Notes: generated from the sequence alone by a model not told the origin. A stretch of 20,810 nt of DNA from Octopus sinensis (GCF_006345805.1 NW_021823842.1:1-20810); one strand, 5' to 3'; positions 1 to 10,501 are shown, counted from the stretch's first letter. A program made the numbers and translations.

Positions 1-61
1 ACGGACGAAATACAGTTAAGCATTTCGCCTGGTGTGCGAACGATTCTGCCAGCTCGCCGCC
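1..61 (-). mobile_element. SINE family A, 5' head only (cut by window edge)
   Basis: Reverse complement of GGCGGCGAGCTGGCAGAATCG..., matching the heads at 1891 and 17367. Confidence 0.8.
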
Positions 62-154
62 TTGCTCATATATTTCAAAACACCCTATATATACACTGAT
101 TCCTTTTTATGGTAACTACTTTTCTCCTGGTTATTAGTTTATATGTTTATATAC

Positions 155-406
155 GATCGCGGTTTCGATTCCCAGACCGGGCGTTGTGAGTGTTTATTGA
201 GCGAAAACACCTAAAGCTCCACGAGGCTCCGGCAGGGTTGTGGTGGCGATCCCTGCTGTACTCTTTCGCCACAAATTTCCCTCACTCTTTCTACTGTTGG
301 CCTGCTCGCTTAGCCAACGAGGTGGCGTCATTTGAAGGCTAAAAACAATGCGAAGCGCATTGTGACCATCAATGTGTAACAACATCTGATAGCCTGGTCG
401 GTGATA
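155..406 (+). mobile_element. tRNA-derived SINE family B, 5'-truncated
   Basis: Collinear with the full copy at 6995-7300; starts at the B-box-like GGTTTCGATTCCC. Confidence 0.8.
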
Positions 407-1170
407 TACACATATGTGTATAATAAGTGAAGAGTGGAGTATAAGGCACTGCATACACTCCATGTTTGAGAAATGTTTCAACAGCGTGAAGGTGACCAAT
501 AAAATATGTCTATAGATATGAATAATATCAAGGATTTTGTCATAGGCACTGTAATGTAAATGACAAAATTGCTCCAGCGGTCATGTACGTGTATGTTCTC
601 ATAATTGTCACATTTAACAACCTGATTGACTGTAACAGGCAATGAGATATTCTTTATTGATCTGTTTTTAAATCTCTTTGCATGTAATTTTATTCGTTTA
701 ATCCAATAATTTACGAATTTGTCCATTTTAATGGCTTGTATCATAATTAGTTTTAAATATTTGTTTTCGTTATATTATGGAATACATCGGCAATGCTCAT
801 TGCGTTCAGATTTGGACATACTTGGATTTACGAGTACAAGTCCTCATATAAGAATTTATGTATGTGTATGTGCGAGCTTTTGTGTATGAGTGTATGTGTG
901 TGTTCTCTATGAACAACACGAGTGTGTATGAAGATATGTAAATATATACGCATGTCTGAGTGCTTGTATGTATATTTGAGCATATGTGCGTGTACGTATG
1001 TAGGTGTATACATTACGTAAATGTTTCGCCATAAATCTTTCGGCCATGTAGTCTCTTAAAGACTTTCTGCCAAACGAAATTTGTAAAATGTATTTATACT
1101 CATGCTCTGAAAAGTGCTTTTATTTCGTTTCTCGCAAATAGATATTAGGTATTCTATAGACTCGAAACGG

Positions 1171-1219
1171 GAGTAGATGAAACAGGGGACAACTGATGAA
1201 GGGAATATTCTTTATGTTG
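1171..1219 (+). repeat. 49-bp dispersed repeat fragment, copy 1
   Basis: GAGTAGATGAAACAGGG(G)ACAACTGA(T/A)GAAGGG(G)AATATTCTTTATGTTG recurs at 13451-13499. Confidence 0.75.
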
Positions 1220-1242
1220 CCTGTCTGAGACACAACACCAAG

Positions 1243-2594
1243 CTCATGGGATTCTTGCTTGGAGACTTTAGACAAACCCTTCTCGTGGTTCCAAAAGGGA
1301 CAAGAGCTGATGCTAACATAAAGTCGTCCTACCAATGGAGCTGTGTGCAAAAGCTGAGACTCCCAACCAACTTGAGACTGCAGCTCAGTCGTGATGAGGC
1401 AGAGAGAACCTTTTCAAAGAACTGTTGGACGCCGGTAATGGCACTTCGACTGGCGAGAAGAATGGCCGAGTAAGCTTGCATTTTGGACATATGGTGTCTG
1501 ATTTAAAGGAACTAATGAATAAGGTGTTTCCTAACCTGAGAAATCAGTTCGTTCACAGACCACAACTGGTTGAAAACCCGTGCCATTTTAAGATCCAAAG
1601 ATCAGGTGTTGATTTCAACATCAAACTTCTGGAACAGTTGCCAGGTGAGCGTCACACCTACAATTCCATTGACAGTGTACTAAACATGGATAAAGCTGTG
1701 AATTAACCATCTGAATTCTTGAATAGTCTAACACCACCCTGTCTCCGACCTCACAACTTTCACCTCAAGATTGGGGCACCATTTATGCCGCTTCGAAACC
1801 TCGATCCACCACATCTTTGCAATTGCTCACGACTTATGATAAAGAAGATGATGCTAACAATCTTGGAGAGAACAATTTTGGCTGGTAAAGGCGGCGAGCT
1901 GGCAGAATCGTTAGCACGCCGGGCGAAATGCCAAGCGCTATTTTGTCTGCCGTTACGTTTTGAGTTCAAATTCCGGCGAGGTCGACTTTGCCTTTCATCC
2001 TTTCAGGGTCGATTAAATAAGTACCAGTTACGCACTGGGGTCGATATAACCGACTTCATCCGTGTGTCTGTCCTTCTTTGTCCCCTCAGTATTTAGCCCC
2101 TTGTGGGTAGTAAAGAAATAAGTTTTTCGTCTGTCGCTACGTTCTGAGTTCAAATTCCGCCGAGGTCGACTTTGTCTTTCATCCTTTCTGGGTCGATTAA
2201 TTAAGTACCAGTTACGCACTGGGGTCGATGTAATCGACTTAATCCGTGTGTCTGTCCTTGTTTGTCCCCCCTATGTTTAGCCCCTTGTGGGTAGTAAAGA
2301 AATAGGTAAAGCAAGCGGTGAGCCTGTATTCGTTCCTAGAATCCTACTTATTCCATCGGATATGCCTTTCCAGGACAAGCGCCTACAATTCCCATTGAAA
2401 TTGAGTTTTGCAATGAGCATTAACAAGGCCCAGGAGCAGTCCTTGAATATGGTGGGTCTGAACCTCGCGGAAGCAGTTTTCTCCCATGGCCAACTTTATG
2501 TGAGATGCTCAAGTGCCGGCAATCCTAACCATTTGTTTATTTAAGCCCCACAAGGAAACACCAAAAATGTTAATCAAAAAGGTCTGCAAATTTA
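1243..2594 (+). pseudogene. Helitron RepHel, C-terminal Pif1-family helicase remnant (frameshifts, stops, SINE insertion)
   Basis: Translated fragments show Pif1/Helitron motifs: GDFRQTL..PKGTRAD (from 1261), NSLTPP.L.PH..HLKIGAP.M.LRNLDPP.LCN.SRL, PRI.LIPSDMPFQ.KRLQFPLKLSFAMSINKAQ.QSL, FSHGQLYV..S. Confidence 0.92.
1891..2304 (+). mobile_element. SINE family A, full copy (1891-2120) plus tandem 5'-truncated copy (2121-2304), inserted in the Helitron
   Basis: tRNA-like head, GAGTTCAAATTCC B-box, tail GTGGGTAGTAAAGAAATA; GGTAAAG duplicated at 1884-1890 and 2305-2311. Confidence 0.9.
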
Positions 2595-3213
2595 ATAAGA
2601 TTCACCAAATCATCAGGTATTTATTATTTAACTGTAACATTTGTAAGTGTTGTTAATGTACTGATAAGCTACATGTTATTTTATTTTGAAATCTATATGT
2701 AAATTTATTTATATGTCTACAGTTAAACTAAATGTCAGTCTGTTTCTACATTCATTGTAAATCTATTTCAACACTAGCGCCCCTGAGGGTAATATTCTTT
2801 TCAGAGTAATTTACTTTGAATTGTTATTATCTCATATCCGATTAACCTGTTATTACGCAAAATGCTTCACAATTTTGGTATACATAGCCTACAGGTATTT
2901 CCTCCTAAGTTCTATATACTCTGGGAACGCATTAAAGCCCTTTTCGGGGCTACTTTATTTGAATTCTTACTATCAGATAACTAATTTCATATTATTACGT
3001 AACTGACTTCACGATTTGGGTATTCATAACTTATGGGGATTTCCTAAAAACAAGATCCTCTGTAAAACAGTTCCTTATTCTCTGTAAATGCACAAAAAAC
3101 ATTTTAAGGGCTACATACTTTGAATTGTTGTTATTAGATTAGCGAAACAATTATGAGAACGGAACCAAGGGATAAGCCCCGCTTTTCCGAGAATTTCTGT
3201 GTACATCATCTAG
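2595..3213 (+). mobile_element. Putative Helitron 3' non-coding region ending in CTAG|T
   Basis: Follows the helicase stop; CTAG at 3210-3213 is followed by T and a TA tract; the subterminal hairpin is not clearly recognisable. Confidence 0.4.
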
Positions 3214-3227
3214 TATATAATATACAC

Positions 3228-3231
<4 letters not shown>

Positions 3232-3274
<43 letters not shown>

Positions 3275-3281
3275 TATATAT
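3232..3281. repeat. (TA)n microsatellite
   Basis: Direct reading. Confidence 0.95.
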
Positions 3282-3436
3282 TAAAAATAAATATAAGAGA
3301 GTGGTCACTATATGGCTCACTCTAACACCAGTTAATCCAAAAGGTTTCAATCACAAAATACATGTTTCCCATGAAAGTCAGTACGATTGTTAGCTCACGC
3401 GGACAGGGCAAATAAAAAATACAAAAATACAGATTA

Positions 3437-3518
3437 TTTTGGGACAATTGTTTCGCTATTAATGAATTAAATGTAATTTTACTTACAAAAAAATCCACTT
3501 GTAGCTCCTCAGCCAAAA
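3437..3518 (-). ncRNA. Type I hammerhead ribozyme, unit 1 (core intact)
   Basis: Minus strand: TTTTGG-CTGAGGA-GCTA...TAGC-GAAAC-AATT-GTC-CCAAAA; predicted cleavage 3' of C at 3443. Confidence 0.85.
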
Positions 3519-3965
3519 CTATCTGGATGAAATCCACTCAATCACACGCCAGATTTTACCATAACGATAAATACGCGTGTGGTTCATTGATTACATCCGA
3601 CGTTAATTTCAAATGCCCCAACTAACAGCGCGCCAAATTTTCACGGAAAACAAATACAAGCATTTAGAAATAAATGCAGCATATTATAATTAATTAATAA
3701 GGGTGAGAGAATTAGATACTAATTAATATATATCTATTCTACACCAAGTGGCCTAGTGCTCCGAGAACCTGGATTATTATAATATTTTATAATATATTAT
3801 AATATTTTACAGAAATATAAATAAGAGTGGTCACTATATGGCTCACTCTAGCACCAGTTAATCCAAAAGGTTTCAATCACAAAAATACATGTTTCCCATG
3901 AAAGTCATACGATTGTTAGCTCAACCACGGACAGGGCAAATAAAAAATACAAAAATACCAGATTA

Positions 3966-4052
3966 TTTTGGGACAATTGTTTCGCTATTAATGAATTAAA
4001 TGTAATTTTACTTACAAAAAAAATCCACTTGTATCTGGTCCTCAGTCCAAAA
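3966..4052 (-). ncRNA. Hammerhead, unit 2 (stems I and II disrupted by small insertions)
   Basis: Plus strand GTATCTGGTCCTCAGTCCAAAA replaces the consensus GTAGCTCCTCAGCCAAAA. Confidence 0.6.
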
Positions 4053-4503
4053 CTATCTGGATGAAATCCCCTCAATCACACGCCAATATTTTACCATAAC
4101 GATAATACGCGTGTGGTTCAATTGATTACAATCCGACGTTATAATTCAAATGCCCCAACTAACAGCGCGCCAAATTTTCTGGAAAACAATACAGCATTTA
4201 GAAATAAATGCAGCATAATTATAATTAATTAATAAGGGTGAGAGAATTAGATACTAATTTAATAGTATATCTATTCTACACCAAGTGGCCTAGTGCTGCT
4301 CCGAAACCCTGGATTATTATAATATTTTATAATATATTATATATTTTTACAAAATAATATAAGAGAGTGGTCACTATATGGCTCACTCTAGCACCAGTTA
4401 ATCCAAAAGGTTTCAATCACAAAAATACATGTTTCCCATGAAAGTCAGTACGATTGTTAGCTCACACGGACAGGGCAAATAAAAATAACAAAAATACAGA
4501 TTA

Positions 4504-4583
4504 TTTTGGGACATTGTTTCGCTATTAATGAATTAAATGTAATTTTACTTACAAAAAAATCCACTTGTAGCTCCCCAGCCAAA
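4504..4583 (-). ncRNA. Hammerhead, unit 3 (core CUGGGGA, stem III loop 1 nt shorter)
   Basis: Same frame as unit 1 with A6G and a 1-nt deletion. Confidence 0.6.
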
Positions 4584-5031
4584 CTATCTGGATGAAATCC
4601 ACTCAATCACACGCCAGATTTTACCATAACGATAAATAACGCGTGTGGTTCAATTAATTACATCCGACGTTATAATTCAAATGCCCCAACTAACAGCGCG
4701 CCAAATTTTCACGGAAAACAAATACAGCATTTAGAAATAAATGCAGCATAATTATAATTAATAATAAGGGTGAGAGAATTAGATACTAATTTAATAGTAT
4801 ATCTATTCTACACCAAGTGGCCTAGTGCTCCGAGAACCTGGATTATTATAATATTTTATAATATATTATAATATTTTTACAAAATAATATAAGAGAGTGG
4901 TCACTATATGGCTCACTCTAGCACCAGTTAATCCAAAAGGTTTCAATCACAAAAATACATGTTCCCATGAAAGTCAGTACGATTGTTAGCTCACACGGAC
5001 AGGGCATAAAAAATAACAAAAATACAGATTA

Positions 5032-5111
5032 TTTTGGGACAATTGTTTCGCTATTATGAATAAATGTAATTTTACTTACAAAAAAATCCACTTGTAGCTC
5101 CTCAGGCCAAA
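5032..5111 (-). ncRNA. Hammerhead, unit 4 (core intact, 1-nt insertion at stem I)
   Basis: Plus strand CTCCTCAGGCCAAAC versus consensus CTCCTCAGCCAAAAC. Confidence 0.65.
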
Positions 5112-5562
5112 CTATCTGGATGAAATCCACTCAACAATCACACGCCAGATTTTACCATAACGATAATACGCGTGTGGTTCAATTGATTACATCCGACGTT
5201 ATAATTCAAATGCCCCAACTAACAGCGCGCCCAATTTTCACGGAAAACAAATACAGCATTAGAAATAAATGCAGCATATTATAATTAATTAATAAGGGTG
5301 AGAGAATTAGATACTATTTAATAGTATATCTATTCTACACCAAGTGGCCTAGTGCTCCGAGAAACCTGGATTATTATAATATTTTATAATATATTATAAT
5401 ATTTTTACAAAATAAATATAAGAGAGTGGTCACTATATGGCTCACTCTAGCACCAGTTATCCAAAAGGTTTCAATCACAAAAATACATGTTTCCCATGAA
5501 AGTCAGTACGATTGTTAGCTCACACGGACAGGGCAAATAAAAAATAACAAAAATACAGATTA

Positions 5563-5643
5563 TTTTGGGACAATTGTTTCGCTATAATGATTTAAATGTA
5601 ATTTTACTTACAAAAAAATCCACTTGTAGCTCCTCAGCCAAAA
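5563..5643 (-). ncRNA. Type I hammerhead ribozyme, unit 5 (core intact)
   Basis: All core nucleotides and stems I-III present; C17 at 5569. Confidence 0.85.
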
Positions 5644-6004
5644 CTATCTGGATGAAATCCACTCAATCACACGCCAGATTTTACCATAACGATAAACGCG
5701 TGTGGTTCACTTGATTACATCAGACGTTATAATTCAAATGCCCCAACAAACAGCGCGCCAAATTTTCACGGAAAACAAATACAGCATTTAGAAATAAATG
5801 CAGCATAATTATAATTAATTAATAATAGGGTGAGAGAATTATGCTGCATTTATTTCTAAATGCTGTATTTGTTTTCCGTGAAAATTTGCGCGCTGTAAGT
5901 TGGGGCATTTGAATTATAACGTCGGATGTAATCAATTGAACCACACGCGTATTTATCGTTATGGTAAAATCTGGCGTGTGATTGAGTGGATTTCATCCAG
6001 ATAG

Positions 6005-6085
6005 TTTTGGCTGAGGAGCTACAAGTGGATTTTTTTGTAAGTAAAATTACATTTAATTCATTATAGCGAAACAATTGTCCCAAAA
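6005..6085 (+). ncRNA. Type I hammerhead ribozyme, inverted unit 6 (core intact)
   Basis: TTTTGG 6005-6010, CTGAGGA 6011-6017, GCTA 6018-6021, TAGC 6064-6067, GAAAC 6068-6072, AATT, GTC 6077-6079, CCAAAA 6080-6085. Confidence 0.87.
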
Positions 6086-6533
6086 TAATCTGTATTTTTG
6101 TTATTTTTTATTTGCCCTGTCCGTGTGAGCTAACAATCGTACTGACTTTCATGGGAAACATGTATTTTTGTGATTGAAACCTTTTGGATTAACTGGTGCT
6201 AGAGTGAGCCATATAGTGACCACTCTCTTATATTTATTTTGTAAAAATATTATAATATATTTAAATATTATAATAATCCAGGTTTCTCGGAGCACTAGGC
6301 CACTTGGTGTAGAATAGATATACTATTAAATTAGTATCTAATTCTCTCACCCTTATTAATTATTATAATTATGCTGCATTTATTTCTAAATGCTGTATTT
6401 GTTTTCCGTGAAAATTGGCGCGCTGTGTTAGTGGGGCATTTGAATTATAACGTCGGATTAATCATTGAACCACACGCGTATTTATCGTTATGGTAAAATC
6501 TGGCGTGTGATTGAGTGGATTTCATCCAGATAG

Positions 6534-6615
6534 TTTTGGCTGAGGAGCTACAAGTGGATTTTTTTGTAAGTAAAATTACATTTAATTCATTAATAGCGAA
6601 ACAATTGTCCCAAAA
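6534..6615 (+). ncRNA. Type I hammerhead ribozyme, inverted unit 7 (core intact)
   Basis: Same motif; GTC at 6607-6609, 530 nt after the unit 6 site. Confidence 0.87.
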
Positions 6616-6894
6616 TAATCTGTATTTTTGTTATTTTTTATTTGCCCTGTCCGTGTGAGCTAACAATCGTACTGACTTTCATGGGAAACATGTATTTTTG
6701 TGATTGAAACCTTTTGGATTAACTGTGCTAGAGTGAGCCATATAGTGACCACTCTCTTATATTTATTTTGTAAAAATATTATAATATTTATAAATATTAT
6801 AATAATCCAGGTTTCTCGGAGCACTAGGCCACTTGGTGTAGAATAGATATACTATTAAATTAGTATCTAATTCTCTCACCCTTATTAATTAATT

Positions 6895-6949
6895 ATATAT
6901 ATATATATATATATATACATCCATATATACATAAATATATATATATATT

Positions 6950-6994
<45 letters not shown>
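6895..6994. repeat. (TA)n/(TG)n compound microsatellite
   Basis: Direct reading. Confidence 0.95.
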
Positions 6995-6995
<1 letters not shown>

Positions 6996-7300
6996 GAGGC
7001 GCAATGGCCCAGTGGTTAGGGCAGCGGACTCGCGGTCCTGTGATCGCGGTTTCGATTCCCAGACCGGGCGTTGTGAGTGTTTATTGAGCGAAAACACCTA
7101 AAAGCTCCACGAGGCTCCGGCAGGGGGTGGTAGCGATCCCTGCCGTACTCTTTCACCACTCTTTCTCCCACTCTTTCTTCTGTTGGCCTGCTCGCTTAGC
7201 CAGCGGGGTGGCGTCATTCGAAGGCTAAAACAATGCGAACGCATTGTGACCAGTGATGTGTAACTACATCTGATGGACTGATTGGTCACGTGATCACGTG
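6995..7300 (+). mobile_element. tRNA-derived SINE family B, full-length
   Basis: A-box TGGCCCAGTGG and B-box GGTTTCGATTCCC, followed by a non-tRNA body shared with 155-406. Confidence 0.85.
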
Positions 7301-7325
7301 ATATATATATATATATATATATAAT

Positions 7326-7372
<47 letters not shown>
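7301..7372. repeat. (TA)n microsatellite
   Basis: Direct reading. Confidence 0.9.
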
Positions 7373-7373
<1 letters not shown>

Positions 7374-7709
7374 ATGCGTATACGTGCACGTATTTTTATT
7401 TATCTTAGCACTTGAATGCATTCGCTTATTTCTCTTTTTCCGGTATATTTTTCTCCTTAAAATTCTTTCAGTTTCTCGATGAGACTATTTGAAGTATACA
7501 CATTTTTGAAGTGCTCCTTCAATTGTAATTTTCAATCGAACTTTCGAGAATGAATTGTAATTTACTCTGTATAAAGAAACAAAACGCGACACTTGAAGTT
7601 AGTTTGTTAAGTGGCACGCGCACAACTCTCCACAATTCACTGAGTTTCGTAAATTTCTACCGAATAAAAATAATAAATAAACAATAAAATAATTAATTAT
7701 ATACTTACA

Positions 7710-8105
7710 GGCCGAGGCGTGGCTATGTGGTAAGAAGCTTGCTTGCCAACCACATGGTTCCGGGTTCAGTCCCACAGTGTGCCACCTTGGCCATGTATCT
7801 TCTGCTATAGCCACGGGTCGACCAACGTCTTGTGAGTGGATTTGGTAGACGGAAATTGAAAGAAACCCGTCTTAGATATATACATATATTTGTGTGTGTG
7901 TATCTGTGAGTGTACGTGTGTGTGTGGTTATGTCTATGTTTGTCTCCCCATCATCACCAACCGGTGTTGGTGTGTTTACGTTCCAGTAACTTAGCGTTTC
8001 GTCATATGAAACCGATAGAATAAGTACTAGGCTTTAAAAAATGTTCTGGAGTTGATTTTTTCGACTAAAAGGCTTTGCTCCAGCATGACTGAAATAAGTA
8101 AAAGA
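7710..8105 (+). mobile_element. tRNA-derived SINE family C with internal TA/TG tract and tail
   Basis: Head GGCGTGGCT.TGTGGTAAG..GGTTCAGTCCC, CORE-like ACCTTGG(G)C segment, tail ...TGACTGAAA.AAGTAAAAGA; homologous to 19557-19940. Confidence 0.85.
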
Positions 8106-8269
8106 GTATATACACATGCGTATATACATACACGTGAAGGCGTATATGCATATATATACGCAAAGTTACTATTTATACTTTAGTCGGACCAGTCCATCTC
8201 CCGTAAGGGGGCGTCGTAACTCTCATCACAACAAGCACCCATTCTAACTCTTATATATATATATATATA

Positions 8270-8764
8270 CCGTAAATCCTCGAGTATAATCTGCCCTAGA
8301 GTATAATACGCAGGGGATTTTTAGGGGGCTGTTCTTCTGAAAAACCTAAACCTTGTGTATAATACGCATCCCTTCTCTAACTGAGTCAAGGAGGTCTGTA
8401 TAACGTTTGTAAAAATATATACGGTAATGTTCTTTATTATCATTATATAATGCAAACGCGAAGCTTTTTTGTGTATTTTGTTTGCAGAAAATAAAGAAAT
8501 AACAGTAATAAGGTTTAATAAATGTTGCTTATTGCAAGTTATGGATGATTATTTTATGACTTCATTGCTTTCAGGCTTAGATTAAGGTAATTTCGTGCCC
8601 GACACCAGAAAATGCGTCTGAATAAACATTGCCAGACAGCAAATAGAGACTCGGACATTGCTTACAAAATAATTTTCGTTTTTAACCTCGCATATAGTAC
8701 GCACTAGGGATTTTGACCTTTAAAGTTTGGGAAAAAAAATGCGGATTACATCCAGGATTTAGGG
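8270..8764. mobile_element. Non-autonomous TIR element (Tc1/mariner-pogo type, TA target)
   Basis: Left end TA|CCGTAAATCCTCGAGTATAATCTGC; right end GCGGATTACATCCAGGATTTAGGG|TA is a degenerate reverse complement; TA tracts on both sides. Confidence 0.7.
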
Positions 8765-8815
<51 letters not shown>

Positions 8816-8864
8816 AATACTAAATTTCTAAATCTCTCGTAGAGACATGTACGGTGGTGGGGCG

Positions 8865-9124
8865 ATAGAATGGTTGTATACTGTCAATCTAATACGCTGT
8901 TTAGCCCTGGGAAGCATCGACGCCTCCTGATGGCTTTGACACATTTTTCCTGTGTCCTTATATACATTTACGAAGGGGAGACAAATACCCTTCGTAAATG
9001 TATAAGGACACAGGAAAAATGTGTCAAAGCCATCAAGAGGCCTCGATGCTTCCTAGGGCTAACAGCGTTGGTGTACCCCCTACTGTCACGTTCATGTTAG
9101 ATTGACAGTATACAACCATTCTAT
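8865..9124. repeat. Fold-back inverted repeat (arms 8865-8977 and 8988-9124, 10-nt spacer)
   Basis: Arms are near-perfect reverse complements; the right arm has ~27 extra nt (9069-9096); element 8811-9124 lies between TA tracts. Confidence 0.9.
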
Positions 9125-9930
9125 ATATATTTATATATATATATATATATGTATGTACATATATATATGTGTGTGTGTGTGTGTGTGTACATACACATAT
9201 ATACATTTACATATGCCTATATAGCGACATATTTCATCTGACTTTTCATTATCTGATTTTTCTATTTTTACATCTATTTATCTAACTCCTTTGCTGTCGT
9301 GTCTCTCTCTCTCTCTCTGTATGTGTGTATACATGTATATAGTTCTTACTAAACGTGTTTCTTTGTTAATCTCTTTATCAGTCTGACTGTTGAGTCTGTA
9401 TTTCCATGGCTCTGTATTCCTGTTGAATAGATTTGAGAATAAAAAGAATTGAAATATTTGATAATAAATCTAAGTTCATAATTAACTTTTAAAAATGAAG
9501 AATTAATGATTAAGTATTTAAGAATTTAAACATAAAATATCAAGATAATCTAAAAATATTAATGTATTTTTAATAATTATTTTCATAATTAATATATGAA
9601 CTAGAAAATATATACACTGTGAATGCTTCAATAACGGAAAGAAGACAATTATGGTTATATGAGTTAATATGGAAATGAGAATAAATGTGAAAATTATATT
9701 TGTAACAAAAATAATAATATAAATAGAAAATATATATAACTCAAATATAATGAGAAAATAATGAATAGATATGTAATGAAGAACAGAAATAAATGTTGTA
9801 TATGCAGCATATAGTATGTAACGAAAATATAGCATAAAATGAACCAAGGAAGTGATGGAAAATGATATGTCTAAGAAAAGCAAATATATGTGGGTATGTA
9901 TCTATGTATGCATGCATATATATATATATA

Positions 9931-10156
9931 TATTTCTTTACTACCCACAAGGGGCTAAACACAGAGGGGACAAACAAGGATAGACAAACGGATTAAGTCG
10001 ATTACATCGACTCCAGTGCGTAAATGGTACTTAATTTATCGACCCCGAAAGGATGAAAGGCAAAGTCCACCTCGGCGGAATTTGAACTCAGAACATAACG
10101 GCAGACGAAATACGGTGCGCATTTCGCCCGGCGTGCTAACGTTTCTGCCAGCTCGC
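9931..10156 (-). mobile_element. SINE family A
   Basis: Full-length reverse-complement match to 17367-17589. Confidence 0.9.
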
Positions 10157-10173
10157 ATGCATATATATATATA

Positions 10174-10192
10174 TCTATTATATTTAATCCGT

Positions 10193-10225
<33 letters not shown>

Positions 10226-10390
10226 ATATCTTCTAGGATCTCGGGCATCCTCCATCCGATTGCGCTCAAATTTGATATGTAGATACCGACGGTATCAGGG
10301 CGTGTATAAGTCTTTAAAAAATTACAAACATCGATTCCAGGTGAGAATGTGATCGATAAAGCCGTGGGAATGTGCATTTGTACGCGCTAG
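10174..10390 (+). mobile_element. Short non-autonomous Helitron-like element (217 bp)
   Basis: A|TC 5' end at 10174, (TCTG)n tract near the 5' end, CTAG|T 3' end at 10387-10390, no TSD; 3' hairpin weak. Confidence 0.65.
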
Positions 10391-10501
10391 TACATCAGCT
10401 GTTGCGATCGATACTACGGTACGCGAGAAAAATGCACGTGTTGTTTGCGCAAAAAAAAAAGCCAGCTGGCTTGAAATAATGCCACAAAATGCAGTATATT
10501 T

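Larger units (their letters stand above)
3283..5840 (-). repeat. Tandem array of ~530-bp HHR-bearing units, ~4.8 copies (retrozyme or Penelope pLTR-like)
   Basis: Marker GTGGTCAC at 3301, 3827, 4367, 4897, 5426; copies differ mostly by 1-bp indels; HHR on the minus strand. Confidence 0.95.
5837..6895 (+). repeat. Two inverted copies of the same ~530-bp unit
   Basis: Reverse complement of the left array from AATTATGCTGC (5837) to CCCTTATTAATTAATTATA (~6895). Confidence 0.95.

Noticed and set aside
478-744. 88-aa minus-strand ORF
   Set aside because: No recognisable motif; length is compatible with chance in AT-rich DNA
1171-1225. GAAAC...CTGATGA (and CTGAAGA at 13472) as a hammerhead
   Set aside because: No permutation gives a paired stem I and a correctly placed NUH triplet
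5581-5590. Shared 1-bp deletion between unit 5 and its mirror unit 6 as proof of fold-back copying
   Set aside because: Other unit 5 variants are not mirrored, so one shared indel is insufficient
3283-6895. CRISPR array or plain satellite DNA
   Set aside because: No unique spacers and no cas genes; the conserved ribozyme fold and fold-back argue against a featureless satellite, though satellite-like amplification is not excluded
6995-7070. Genuine tRNA genes at SINE heads (also 7715, 16183)
   Set aside because: A and B boxes run directly into repeated non-tRNA bodies without a proper acceptor stem, so these are SINEs
8927-8977. CTGATGG followed by a GACACA/TGTGTC hairpin
   Set aside because: Core mismatch (TTGATGG in the other arm) and no GAAAC-NUH downstream
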